A stretch of DNA of 64,000 nt from Takakia lepidozioides. Its lineage: Eukaryota; Plantae; Bryophyta. Below the pieces are notes generated by a model that was not told the DNA's origin, ran no database searches, and was given only the letters and a program-made list of their open reading frames with translations. The DNA is taken from positions 70,122,001 to 70,186,000 of the forward strand of contig CM060731.1 of NCBI GenBank assembly GCA_030704615.1. The letters are read 5' to 3'. Within the stretch, counting starts at the first letter, position 1, and every line of letters starts with the position of its first letter. This document shows positions 50,698 to 64,000 of this stretch, in pieces. The translations under genes were made by a program, and so were the position numbers.

Positions 50698-52249
50698 CTT
50701 CTAATTATTGGTTAATTGTTAATTACCTGTTTACAACTGGAGGAGAACTCCAAGCAAGATATGTGCTGGAAGGGAGCACGCAGTGGTGGCGTTTAATGAT
50801 CGTGGGGAGGGAGGAGGGGATCTGGCCTAATCTGACCTACCATGCAAACTTGTGAACAATTGTCGCTGGCTGGTTTCAAGTGAGAGTGCATGCCCTTTTC
50901 TGTCAAGCTGCATTTGTATATGGCTTGTACCAAGTGTGGTCGTTGTTGTAAAAGGGACGATATTAGCGAGGGGAAGAGTAGCAGATGTAGCATATGTAGC
51001 TGATGTAAAGTTTGTCACACTGGTACTGGGTACCAAGTCCAGTCTATTCAAACAGGTGAACAGACCCATGAGTTTGTGTCACTTATCTTTGTTGTCATGA
51101 CTTTAAACTACTCTCCAACGAGCTACCTTTTTTGTGTTATAGTGAGGGGGGCAAGTGGATCCCATTTTTGGATTGCTGGACAGTAAACAGTTTTGTAGTT
51201 TGCAGAAGAAGGGCCCAATAGTGTGATTGTTGATTGCCAAGGAATTTTTGAGTGTCTGTGTTGAAAATGTTTGGTTTCTCTTGCTGCCATGTTAGTGCCT
51301 TGAAGAATTTACATTTTACTATCCTCTGATTCCATCAGCTTGCCTGCATATGTTGTCGCATTTGTGGGGCTACTATTCAACTTAAGTATGTCATGTGTTT
51401 GTGCAGCTAATTTGCGGGGATGGCAGGTGGCCTGCGGCTCTCCCTCACGCTACCTCCCACCACATCTTGGAAAAGCATTACAGGTGTGGCACCCCGTTAG
51501 CTTTTGTGCAATTTGGTGTTCCCTACTCACATTTTCACTGATATTGCGTACCTCATGGCCTAGGTGGGGTAGAGGGGTAGAGTAGTCTCTTGTTGTTGTT
51601 AGCACGTGACAGCCCAGCTCATCCTCGCATACCTAATTACCTAAACTGAACCATGACGCTAGATTGAAGAGGACCAATGCAAGAAGAGGAGCCTTCAAGA
51701 GAGAGACACCTGGTTACATCACAAGAGGAGCAAGATAAAATAGAACACCAAAAAACTTGTCCTTTCTGTCAATCATTGGTTGGGATCGAAGAGGAATATG
51801 GCAATGCATATCATCAATATTTGAATGTTGATTATCTGAAACCGAACCATGTGGAGGAATATAGAATTTGGAAACGTGTGGAAAGCAGGTTTGTCATCTA
51901 TGTATATCACTTGCACTTCTTGAAGGCTGCACTTGCGTTAACCAGAGACGATCCAGACTTGGCCTCTGATTGAAAGGTAATTTCATGTCTGAATTTGGTA
52001 GTATGGTTGTCATGAAGCTGGAAATGTCAGTAGGTTGTTGGTTTTGTTGGTTTGTTGGTTCTCATGAAGCTGATGTCGGTAGGGTGTTGGTTTGTAGCTC
52101 CATCCTTGCCCCCTCATGTTGTTGTCTCCGTACATAACCAACCTGGAGTTGTAAAAAACTGGTCTAATGGGAGTGCGGGGCTGGGAGTATGTAGGGCACT
52201 CAGGAAGAGGTTCAAAACAATGGTGTAGTCGGGGAGTAAGTTAGAGAAT

Positions 52250-52896
52250 TCACCTACGAAAGCGAAGAGTTCCAAAGCGGCATCCGAAGATACTATGGGC
52301 GAAAGAGGGGGCAGAAATCAACAGATTACTTCAGGGATGTCCTCAAGCTGAATGCAACAGGCAAAAATCCCAAACAACTTGTCTTAGACAAAGACATCAC
52401 CAAAGAACAATGTGCAAAGTTGTTTGGACAACCAACAAACAAGAATGGCTACTTTTATATGGGTTGTACTGACAAGAGTCTGATTCCCAAAATCGAGGAC
52501 CTGTGGAGTAAGGTTCATGGGTATGACTGTAAGCCAACCGGTGGTATCATTGCAAACTTGATGGCAAGGGGCATTGTCTATGAAAAAAGGACTGGACAAA
52601 AACTCAACTGGGCAGCATACGCGGCATGGACAGCTAAGCAACAAGAAAGAATGAAGGAGCATCGAGAAGCAAAGAACCCCGACAGCACAGACAGTAAGCC
52701 AAAGCTAGGAGTTTGTGAATTGAAAGAGAGGCTACGCAAAACCCCAGGTAGAGGCAAAGAAGGACTGAAACAAACGCCTGAGCAAGTGATTACAGAGATG
52801 GAAAGGAAAAAACATGAGCAGGAGTATGTGGCAACTGCCCTAGCGAGTCTTCAGGAACTACATGCACTAGAAGCATTCGTGTCTTTTCCGAATTGA
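52250..52896 (+). mobile_element. Transposon-associated ORF fragment
   Basis: Intronless ORF with MARGIVYEKRTGQKLNWAAYAAWT followed by coiled-coil sequence. The NWA motif resembles accessory ORFs of plant retroelements. Confidence 0.4.
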
Positions 52897-53377
52897 CTGG
52901 GTGTCCGCCAACCACTCCGGGAACCACTTGGCAGTAAGCGGGACTACTGGAGAGTCGAAATGGACAATGTGGGCCCACGGGGGCATTTCAGACGGCGGGC
53001 AGAAGTGGGGTCAACCACTCCGGAGTCGTAGCAAAAATCCGGGCTATTTAATTAATTACGGAAATACATAACATTTGAAAAAATGGAAATTACAAGTGGT
53101 TCTAATTAGTGCACATGCGACTAGAAATTTTCATTCATAATTTGATTAATGGAATAAAGATATTTATTCATTAAAGTGAATATGTAGACGACTCAACGAC
53201 TCCATGAACCACTGGGCATTGATTGCACCCGTGATTCGGGGCCACATTTGCTGACATGTGTTTCACAAGAACAGGTAAAGAAAATGTGGCCTTGGGGGAA
53301 TAGATATTTTAATATGTACTGCCTCCACCTGGAAGTGACATGGAAGGTCCATGGTCCAGCTTGTAGGGTTTGTCGTT

Positions 53378-54120
53378 CTAAACACCGCCCTGGTGGACAT
53401 GTATGTTGAATGCGGGAGCATTGAAGATGTGAAGGTAGTGTTCGACTGTGGCTCAACGAGTTGTGGTGTCGTGGAGTGCGATGATCGCATTGGCAACAAG
53501 GCAAGGATGTATGCATGATTTGTGCAGAGGCAGTGATAGCTGAAGGAGCAGGATAGAGTGTGGGTCCATATTCATCCAAGAGGGTCGGATTTCAAGCTCC
53601 AGATTACCTATGGATCCTTGTGGAAGGATAGCTACAAGAAACCTCCATGGGTACATGGTCAGCTGGAAGCGGCAGCTGTAGCGGCACAGTTGATAAAATC
53701 AGGCACCTCAACCATGACCACAGCTTCTGGAAGAGGATCAAGAGAGGGAGTCCACAATGCCTCTTCTGGCACTTATGGGCATGTGAAGATGCTTTATGAG
53801 GCAGGCAGACTGAAAGAGGCTCTACAAATTTTAAACAGATGCATTTTAGCAGATATAGATACGTATGTGTGTCTCTTGCATAAGTGCATCAAGATGAAAG
53901 GCCTAGAAGTTGGAAAGCAGGTGCACACTCACTTTGTCCAAAGTGGATTCACGCCGAACGTTTTTCTACTCAACAACCTTGTCAACATGTATGTTAAGGG
54001 GAGCATCATGGATGATCACCAAGTGCTCAACACAGAATGCCTCAACGATCTTTAATCACGTGGAATATAATGTTGGCAGGATTACCGTGGTACGAATGCT
54101 TTGGAGGCCTGTGAGCAAAT
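53378..54120 (+). pseudogene. Third PDF-PPR fusion fragment (53558-54055) preceded by a PPR S-motif remnant
   Basis: Single ORF IHPRGSDFKLQITYGSLWKDSYKKPPWVHGQLE...YEAGRLKEALQILNRCILADIDTYVCLLHKCIKMKGLEVGKQVH..NVFLLNNLVNMY. Confidence 0.85.
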
Positions 54121-54246
54121 GAAAAATAATAAAAAGTTTGTGATTTCCAGATTTGACAGTCCCAAATTTACTAAAATAAAATAAAACAAAACAAAAATTA
54201 GCTTTGGCGATCCCAAATTTAATTTAAAAAATAAACATTAAAATTT

Positions 54247-54820
54247 AAAAAAAAAAACAGGGGACAGTGGCCCTGCATTGATTTATTGATGAGTATTGAG
54301 GGAAAAAAATTAAAACCCTGATTGGCCTAAGGTCGCCATAAGGTCTAAACACACGACAAGCGTGACGGATTCTCTGACGATCAGTGACAAGTAGCAAAGC
54401 TAAGCATAGGCAGCACGATCCCGGAAGAATTCCAAGATCAGGCGTGCTTACAAGAACAATTCAACCTAGAGCATGACCTAGGTTCACGAGTACCAAACTA
54501 ACATATTAACTGTAGTGGGAGACGAAAGAACAGTGGACTCTCAAAATAAAGACTTGGGATCTGTGAAAACAATTGAAGAACATGATTAAGGTAGGAATCT
54601 ATCTAAGATAGGAGAGCCTTGTTTTCGTTGAGGCCCTCATGTGCTTCCAGTTGTAATCAGTTTTGTCGAATTCTGGTGAAACGGAAGAGGAGAGTTCGTT
54701 TTTCCCTCCATTGAACATGTAACTGTCTTGGCCACTCACAGAAGTCAGGTCCAGAGCAGGTACAGATGACCCCCCTCTGCCCCATGTGGACAATAATAAA
54801 ATTTGGGACAGCCTACTCAA
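54247..54820 (-). mobile_element. 3' end of an L1 related to 6000-7733
   Basis: Shares SSS.SPEFDKTD.NWKH.R.STKTRL and the 3' UTR tract atccgtcacg..atggcg.cc..aggccaa.cagggttttaattttt..ccct..caataaa..cagggc.c.t.tcccc. Confidence 0.8.
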
Positions 54821-57544
54821 GCAATCCCGAATTTTAATAAAATAAAATAAAATAATAATCGGACCGCTAGCTCTGCGGCCCTGAATTTAATAATAAATAA
54901 ATAAAAATTATGACCGCCAGCTCTGATGATCCCAAATTTAATAAAAATAAAAAATATAATAAAAATTGGGATTATGTAATATACACAAGTGACGTCAGAT
55001 TATGTTAGGTTTGACACTAACGTGGGCTTGCATCAGATAGGTTTTATATAAAAAATAGCTAAAAATATAGGAGACAATATAAATATGTTACATCAGGGAA
55101 TGACAATGTCTATTGTCCACGACTGGTCCTTCCGCCTCATTGGAAGCCATCTTTGCCTCTGCCAGTGGTATTTTTGCCAGGATTGACATTGGTCTTCCCC
55201 ATATGCTGAGGGACAGACCCTTCATTGTGCTGCCGCTTGTAGCTGTTGAACAGCGGTCTGGGGAGACTTGTAGTACAAAAAAAGGTGCGCTGAAACATTT
55301 TATGGAATCCCAAAGTTAGTATTGTAGACATTACACTGCCGCAGCAGAAGCGAAAGAAGACAGCATAATATCTGGCTAGCCCTAGACTTAAACATATATA
55401 GCTAATACAAACATCTTTCTCATTGTTATTCGGCCTTTGGTTCAGCGCTGCTATGCTTTGATGTGGATCGCGTAGCCACTTTGTTATCCATGACATCCAC
55501 TGTTGTACATCGCACGAGTTAGTCTTTAGTAGCATGGTGAGCCTTGATCTCAATCCCCACTATGTGCATGTCACTACTAAGACTTCGATTTCTAACTTTG
55601 CATCATACCAACAGTAAACAACCATCTTCAAAATTCCATAACTCTTTGCTGGTAGTTTATTTTGACCTAGATCCAAAGAGTTGCGCCCTACTCTCATAGT
55701 CTATGTACATTGTTTTTTCCCAAATTTTTATTTTTTTCGCAGCATTTTTATTATGTCCACTTAGAGACTTGGGATCTCAGTAGAAACTGAAAAAGAGAAT
55801 AAGCCACTCAGTAGGTTAAAGATCACACTACCATGAATACAAGTTCCTTCATCAAAATCTCTCAACCACAACAAATGAAAATAGATTGCGATTGCACAAG
55901 AATTGTTGCCAACATTGCAACTTCACTTAGAAAATTCAGCCAAGTACATGCTTTATTCTTCCCTTGTACTCACGTCTCTCATGACTGCTCTCCAGTACGC
56001 CTCAGCCTTTCTCTCTGTGCACTTCCCTTAGCATCTCCATCATCTCTCTATTAATTCGATCAACCCTTCGTCCTCTCCCTTCACAGTTATATCCACCTTC
56101 ATTCTATGGTATCCCTTCACACCTCATCTCTTTCCTACATTGTATCTGGAAAAAAAACACTTAGGTGGTTGATCATGTACCACACTAAGTGGTCAAATCA
56201 CGCTATACTCCCAATGCACCCGAATGGTGCTCCACCAGGTTTGCAGTTGCACTTTATGTAGGGCATGTGCCAATTCCAGAGCTGACTCTTGTGATTTTTT
56301 GACCTTATAGAACCTGTAGGTAAATTATTCTTGGTTCGAAGGGTCAAATTATCCCCTTTATCACAAAGCTTATAATAGAAAATTTTCAAGGGCCATACAA
56401 CAACAATAGGTTTTTTTTTTAACCTCTGAAATCCATCAACAACATCTTGTACTGGGCCTGTTGCGTTCAGCCTAAGAAATATTATCCCATTTCACCCACA
56501 TCTCAATTGAGATGGGTGCGAGTAGGTTGATGTTGGCTTGCAGATGCCACATCATATGCTCATTATTGGCCACTTCGAATTCAACGGCACGCAGTGACAT
56601 TCAGGGAACGAATTGTTGATTACTCGGAGTAGCCCCAATGGCTCTTTCCTGCTCCACCTAAAAAATCTCCACATGCTCACAAAAATATTTCACAACACTT
56701 TTGATTTCAAGTAGATTCATGTGATCCAAAATTGGGTGATTAGTTACTGAAGAGATAAACTCCTACTTAGTAATAGTGGAGGATTTTGAGTAGAGGGGGT
56801 CTACTCATCTTCAGGGTTAGCCAAACACAAGGCTGCCTCAATTGTCTCTTTTTTTTGCTCTCAATAAGTCATTTATTTGGCATCTTCTTCAAGAATAGTA
56901 GCTAGACGTGCGTGATAATCCTTGAGTCTGGCCATGAGTCTGGCCACATACTTCCCATTCTTGTTTGCAGACAAGGAAAGCTTTATCCAGTCTTCTAAAG
57001 CCAGGGTTTCAAGCAACAAAAGTGGGTTATCATCATCTGATTCTAAGCTGTGGTATCCAGTGCTTGAACAGTAGCATGGAAGAACAATAGTCATGTGGTG
57101 TAAATAAACTATTAAAAAATTATCATATCAACTAGATAACTAGTATATATTTCAGAGGTTTGATTAGGATTAATTAGTTTCAATATCCTCTGAAAAATTT
57201 GTTTAAATATTAAAATTGGACCACGAATGCTGACGGTCCTATATAATTTTAAAATATTTAAATTAATTTATTAGCGTTAGTACTAGCAATACCGTCATAA
57301 TTAAAAAAAACTTTAAATTCGGGACCGCCATATTTGGCGGTCCTGATTTTTAAAAATATATAGATTAATCAATTTAATAGATTGAGATCACTAATTCTGG
57401 TTGTCTTGAACTATTAAGGTAATATTTAATAAATCAGGACGGACCTTTGGCGGTCCAGATTTTTAAGAAATTATTTAATAAAGTTGGGACCGCAAGCTCT
57501 GGTTGGTGGTCATGATTTTTTTAAAATATTTAATAAATAAGGCC

Positions 57545-58660
57545 CGCGGGTGGAGCAAATGTCTTGTTGGGGCATTGATCATGTCCAATTTCGCCTCCAT
57601 CATTTTGAGCACCATGAGTCGAATTCATCATCAAGTCTTCCTCCGATACATGGCCATGTTTGTCTTTTCGTGCCTTGGAGCGCGGTGGATTCCCAAATAT
57701 TTGAAGATTTGCTTACTGCTAAGCTGAGGGACTGTTTTGCCTTGCAATATGACCGAGATATTAACATCTTTTGTTTTCCCGCCTGTAAACTTCCTTGCCC
57801 AAACTCGACATTTAGCAATACATAATTCCATGCCAGCCCAGTCAACCCACTCACTTTCAATTGTTGTCATATTTTGGATATCCTCGATGATGCTTGCGAG
57901 CTGTAGCTTGTCGTCCACATAATCTGCACCAGTCACATCGATGGGAATCATCACCTGCTCAAGGGTCCCTCCTCCCGATCCGTGTCTTTGACTAGAGCAA
58001 AAGTAAGTGAACTAATGGTATTACCTGGAGCCACATCCCTTGTAATGATGATTCCCCTGGAAGACCTTCCTCCCCCGACAAGTTTAACTTTGTTCCTGAC
58101 CCCCGTTTTGATCCAAAGTTTCTTGAGAGTAGAATCCGCCGGCGTAAGGTTAATGATCAATTTTATTTAACCAATTAGGATGGAGGTAAACGCTCCCGAG
58201 AATCCATCATCAGGACGAAAATATCCGTGTGCTTCCTGGCAGAGTGTTCAAGACAATAAGCCAAGTTGAAGTTTCCGTCCAAGCACCTAGGTTTACCTCC
58301 AATTGCATGATGGATTTCAGCGAGTGGTTTTCTACTGGTTCATGATGGGCTGTGGCCACAATGAGCTTGGACAATTTTTTGAAAATGACCCGCAACATGG
58401 TGATGGGAAATAAGTTTCCAAGGTTTGTGACATCGACTTTCCCTGGCTTGGGGATGGAAGTAACCAACTTGATTTTGTAAGATGAGAAAATCTTATCATG
58501 AAAATTTTGGAACTCAAATATCATGAGGAGCCACTTCAAGATGGGTCGACGCGCACAAGCTCTCAATATCTTGTAAGTCATTTGATCATATCCGGGCCCC
58601 CGATTGCAATTACATTCCAAAATGACTTTTAAGTTTGCTAGCTCCGAAATGTGCACCTCC
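57545..58660 (-). mobile_element. Highly degenerate non-LTR retrotransposon RT
   Basis: GPGYDQMTYKIL, TSIPKPGK..NL.PITML, YVDD, GMELCIAKC and FKYLGI across broken frames. Confidence 0.75.
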
Positions 58661-61071
58661 GAATCTTCCTAATCAACAAACGACAATGAGACCGCCTGAT
58701 TGAGAGTTGGTTCTGGGTAAATCCGAAAAGGGCCATTCCACATAATGGTCGCATTTGTCAAGGTAATTTACTAGTAGTGTGAAACTGATTAATAAATAAC
58801 TAGTCTCTATATTGATACTTGGGCTTGAATACCCAAGTGTCAATCCAAATATCAAGATATTTGTTTGGGCCCTGGACGTGGTTTATCTTCACGCCAGACG
58901 CGGAGAGGCTCATCTATCTCGAGTTGAGCCTCCCGCATCGGCTATGGCGTAGTAATGCGATTTCCCCAGGGCTTTGGGGTGTGCTTGGCTCAACTCCTAT
59001 TTATGACTGGAAGCATATTTATCTAATTACTTGAGAGAAATGATTCTCATGCTTGTGAGTGCAAGGTATGAAACTTAGGTTAGCGCTTGTTGTTTGTGTG
59101 CACGAAGATTATGAGAGAAAGTTGATACTTAGCCCAGTAATCTCTAGTTAGTTCAAGTATGAAGAAAAACCGTGGTTTGTTTCTGCAAAACCGAAGGGCA
59201 GTAGTGCGGCATGAAGGCGCTTATGCATATGGTGGTTTAAGTCACTCTGGTGTGGATGTTTGTGGACCATGCGGGGCGTGTTGTTGTCACTGTGACATTG
59301 GAAAAAGAGCGACTGTTAAACGAAGCAGAGACTTCACTCAAGAAATGCAGGTATTGAAATGATAGTGGGTGTCTACGCATTCGCTCAATAATTGTGGTGT
59401 ATGACATCGTGATCAGCCAACGTAGAAAGGTACTGAAGTGACCAGTTTCTACTCATTTTTGGGCACCGGTTGGGATCAAGGACTATGCACGGATGCCTAT
59501 AGTAACCATTACTTCCAGAATACCTATATGCAGGTAATGTGTTATTTGTGGGGCAGAGATATGATGAAGGCTGCTCTTGCAATATCCCTTACTCGCTCCA
59601 TTCAGGGACGTTATCTTGCAGGTCTGCTTACTTTACGGTGGTGCGAGTGAGGAGCTGCGAACGTTGAGATGGATCCATGGAGGTACAAAATACCACGGAT
59701 GGCTAAATTTTCAACTCCACAGGCAAATGTATAAATATATAGTGTTTTTGGTGTTGGACTGATCATTATGTGCGCTAGTATGGAGTGAGATCAAACCGGC
59801 TCTAGCTAGTGCAAAGTTGATCGGCGGAAGGCAGGTCGTTAGCCGAGCTTGGGGCTAATTGGCCGTCATAAACAACACCCAACTGTGCTTGTGGTCAATC
59901 ATCCGCTTGAAGGTGATGAACATGGCATGTGTAGATTCACTGGCAACGACATAGATGTGATTTTGATATGAAATCGTAGAGGGTTGATAACGTTGAAATT
60001 GTTGGCTGGCTGAAAGATCGCCGCGGGTAGTTGGTTGGATCATGAAGCAGCGGCAAGTAGGTCACATGTGTGGGCAGTGGGCAATTTACATCTTGCTGGA
60101 TACTGTGCTTCGATTGTAAGAGAGAGCCATGATCCCATATATCATGCATATGGCTGAAGACGCATGAGATATGATCAGGTTGGCAAGTGCATCAAATGGA
60201 GACGGAACAGTGAAAGTGGAGGGAGATGAGCGAGGAGAGACTAGGTGCTCTCGAGAACTCATGGAATCGCTAGATAGTGACGTTCTTGAGCCCTACTTCA
60301 ACTACCCGCAAACAAACCTGCAGCCGTTGCAGCCAAACCATGTTGAATGAAACCAGCAATGTCTAGTTTGTGAGCTGCCAAGGATTTGTCACTTTCTTCA
60401 CGAACGTTTTGAGCTACCATCCATATTAGTCTGCATTTGCACCCATGACAGTGACGGCGAGGGATTTCTATATTGCTAGCTTCACGAAGGGAAAGTATTT
60501 TCCACTGTAGAGCAAATTTAAAAGAGATAGAGAGATCGACGCTTGGTCTTGACTCTATTGTATTAGGTGGACCGTGACTGCACAGGTTGATCTAAAAACT
60601 TACTATTAATATTTTATTGATTTAAATTATTTAAAAAAAATTAACAATTTAGCTACAACATGTGAGTTTTGGATTTTGAATTTTGTATATTCTTCAATTC
60701 GCCGCAACTGCCAAAATTTGATAATCAGGGCTATTAAAAAAATTTAATTACATGCGACGCCCAAATATTAATATTTTTAATATTTTTTGATGAGTTGTGA
60801 CAACTATTTTTAAGATTTTACATAAAATTGGTGCGACCGCCAATTCTGATGGTTGCACCAATTAACAAAAAATTATGTCCGACCACAAGAATTAGCAGTC
60901 ACCCCATTTTTTTTTAATTTTTTTAATTTTTTATTGTTTTTCAAAAATTGGTGCGATCGCCAAATCGACCATTGTCCTCTTGATTCATGTTTAATTTGTG
61001 TCATCTCTTGTCCCCAATCTGGTCCTTGCTTTCTCCTTCTTCAAAAAAATAAAAATATGCCGTAGGAAGCG

Positions 61072-61208
61072 TAAATTATGGTGTCTCTTGACCCCAAGGG
61101 CTAGTGCCTTCCACGGGAAGGTGGACACCTTTGTGACACACTCGGTGGATTGAACCCACACCCACTTCCAAGGTGGTATGTGCCCACTGGGCTACAACTT
61201 GGTTGTCC
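61072..61208 (-). mobile_element. tRNA-derived SINE (family B), second copy
   Basis: A box TAGCCCAGTGG, B-box-like GGTTCAATCC, and a body matching 24681-24820. Confidence 0.75.
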
Positions 61209-62664
61209 ATTGGAATTATTCTACTATAATTGGGATATGGTTTAACTATCCCACCCTTCTCTTTTGCTGCTTAACTTAGACCAAAGCAAGTTGTGAAACT
61301 TGTTGAGAATCTTCCTTCGTTGGATTTGTTCATTCAGAAGGGTTTATCTCAAGAATTAGTGATGACTACCCTCTTACACGGCTCTACACTTAATCGTCAG
61401 TCAGGAATCTTTGGAACCGTGGCTTGGGATTGTGTAGGGTTGTGAATCCTTATGATGACCTGATGAGTTGTAGGCACCTATATGATAAATAAACAACAAA
61501 GATGCTCCTTTTGTTTGTTTGATGTTGAGCAGTGGAGTGTGTGAGAAAGAGCTAGAGAGATGTTAAGTCGCATAGACATTTCGGACCACTGAGACTGGCC
61601 ATGGGATGGTTGGACCAATTTATTGAATGCGCTAGGAATGAGGAAATATGAACCTGCTTTTGAGATATGGAAACTCTCTTCATGAGAGCTTATTCATATC
61701 TTGTGCAAGCTAGCTCCATTGCATGTGCCTAGATATATTGATGGAAAAAGATCCGTATGACATTCGGCCATTGGACACATCCACAACATTGGTGAGAGGA
61801 GCAAAGTACTTGTTAGTCATGAGACTGCTGGAGAAGACAAAATGCAGTTGGGGTTGGTGTGTTAGTCTTCGGATGGATCAGACTGCGATCAATGTGTCGT
61901 AGACTGCTCGACAGGTGGTCTTCATGACATGGAGAGCTCTGAGCCCATGATGGAGCTAGCCAATCAACCAACATATGAACCATTGAGAACAGAAAGGTCC
62001 ATGTGCCACAAAACGTTGACACTATCAAATAAGTATCATGTGGTGGTTGACCTTCTCGGCAATAAATTGTTCACAAAAGGTGCTTGATCCAATGAATATT
62101 GGTGTTCCGGGACTTTAACAAAGTCTTAGCTACAGAATACATCTTGCAACCACTATTCGGTTGCAGTGAATCATTTCACCTGAAGACTGCTAATGTTGTA
62201 GGCTGGAGTAAGGAATGAATTTTGGGAGAGTGTTGAATTGGGGCTGTCACAACCCCAATGACAGGTATGCATATGTACATATTTTGAGAAGGAAGCCAGC
62301 CTCAAGACTTACTTGCAATTCTCAAGAGAGAAAAAGTAACCCTCAAAGAAAGCCAGAATCCTTCAAGATGACAGACTGTTGAGACTCTGGAGGAGGCCAG
62401 ACCCAATTACCAGAATTCATTGAATTCCTGAGTAGAATTTTTAGTTAAAACCTATGGAGAAAGATGGGTATTCAAGATAGAATGACTAGTGTACACGAGC
62501 CTATTGATATGGACTTGTGGAACAACAATCCAGTGTACATTCTTTGTACGCTTTTAATGTATAAGCAATTATATTAGCAAATAATTGTAAGCAACCACAC
62601 CTTGCGCCCTTTAGTCATCAGATCACAATAAATCCTACTATGTAGGACCGACCTGATGCGTAGG

Positions 62665-62820
62665 AGTACCCAAGTGAAGATCAGACAGTCTGTAAGAGTA
62701 CGCAAGTGAAGATCAGACAGTCGATAAGAGTACGAAAGCGAAGATCAGACAGTCTATGAGAGTACCCAAGTGAAGATCAGACAGTCTAGCAAGTGATCAG
62801 AGTCTATAAGAGTACGCAAG
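62665..62820 (+). repeat. ~31-bp tandem repeat, 4-5 copies, next to a minus-strand TATA (possible LTR U3)
   Basis: gagtac(c/g)caagtgaagatcagacagtc units, with cccttatatagt at ~62853. Confidence 0.7.
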
Positions 62821-64000
62821 TAACACTTGAAGAACGTTCTTCAAGTGAAGCGCCCTTATATAGTCCGAGGCTAAAAGCTTAGTTTCTACTTCTATTTTAG
62901 CTTTACTTTTTAAGCGAATACTAATTAGGTAACTTACGACCTTCTGCAAAATCATATTTTCCCAGAAAAACACACACAGTCTATGGCTCCATTAACTAGA
63001 CCGCCTCCTGCTTGTCATAGTTGTAATACAGTGGCTACTTCCGATATCATTCTTGTGCTCCAACATCTGCCAAATAAGATTGACCTCCTATTTGTCTGTA
63101 GTCTGTACATCTACAACTGTGGCGCATTCTTTACAAATAACTGCACAAATGTTCCGGTAAGCCACTTTTTAGAAGTGCGGTGGCAAACAGGTCACTCCAG
63201 AGTAGCACCCAACTCAAAGAACAAAGCTAATTTACAAGTCAAGTTGGAGAAGTACAAAAGATCTCGGTAGCAATTTTCCTTTACAGAAGCCTAATAAACA
63301 AGCAACCCGCTTGCAAACCCTACACCACATGCTTGGGGATACATGCAAGCCCTACCTTTTTAGGAGGGTTTTATGCATTTCCTACCAACTTTTTGTCATT
63401 ATGTGATTATCGGTCCCTTCGGACGAGAATCCATCATCTATCCATCCCTCCATATCCTTTCCGAAATATTGGCTCCTCAAAATGTGGTATATGCTCAGAA
63501 CTTGTCTAAGCATAGACCCAGACTGGGAAGGCAGGGCCAAAAATTACAAATGACCTACAGATAAAAACTATTTGCGGGAATATCATTAAACTCTCATACA
63601 CAACCATACAACATCTTGCAAGTCAACAAGCCCATCTCCAAAAGTCCTGCGGTCTGGTACACGAACCTTAGGTGGCATGGGGCAGACCAAGGCCATAATT
63701 GTTCTTGCCTGCTGCATGGACAGTGATCCAAGGAAACACACATCTATGCATTGGCAACCCATCTCATTAAGACAAAGTCAATACAGCTTTGATGCACCAC
63801 CAGCTGTCTAAGGCTCTTTTGAACCAGATGTACGTCCTCATTTAAACTTGATAATCAAAGGACAAGTTTCTTTCTCATGCTACCTCCAAAATTAGTGATG
63901 TCAGGATGAAAATACAGTTCTTTTCCACGGAAGTGAAGAAGCGCACTTGCAGGAGAATCAATCACTTCTTATATATCAATGCATTCATACTTTTTTCACG

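Noticed and set aside
59280-59720. HCF107-like HAT-repeat exons
   Set aside because: Only LLNEAETSLKKC is suggestive, and neighbouring segments do not continue the match.
62665-62820. CRISPR-like array (also considered for 46667-46781 and 47386-47590)
   Set aside because: Head-to-tail tandem repeats without unique spacers, in eukaryotic DNA with no cas genes.
62641-63324. Solo LTR with TGTAGG..CCTACA ends
   Set aside because: Flanking 5-mers do not form a target-site duplication, so the boundaries are unsupported.

Overview
Repeat-rich nuclear DNA from a non-seed land plant with flagellated sperm. IFT81 and bryophyte-style PLS-DYW PPR genes point to a bryophyte, lycophyte or fern. Apparently intact genes: a 12-exon C18orf63/DUF4708-like gene with a C-terminal SAP domain (8162-13429, +), an intronless RPL38 (35801-36010, -) nested inside a large IFT81 gene (31053-44751, -), and the 3' exons of an SH3P2/3-like gene after a 500-N gap. 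Decayed gene copies include an F-box/kelch fragment, SAC9, FKBP17-1 and several PPR/DYW pieces. Mobile elements include L1, an APE-type single-ORF LINE family repeatedly associated with (CT)n, a CRE-like RLE retrotransposon, two tRNA-derived SINE families, a Ty3/gypsy integrase remnant, a Ulp1-protease remnant and AT-rich palindromic repeats. The most striking observation is a PPR family, present in three copies, in which OSB-type 'PDF' ssDNA-binding motifs are fused N-terminally to a PLS-PPR array. In the longest copy the array ends in E/DYW deaminase domains. All family assignments come from recalled motifs, not database searches.
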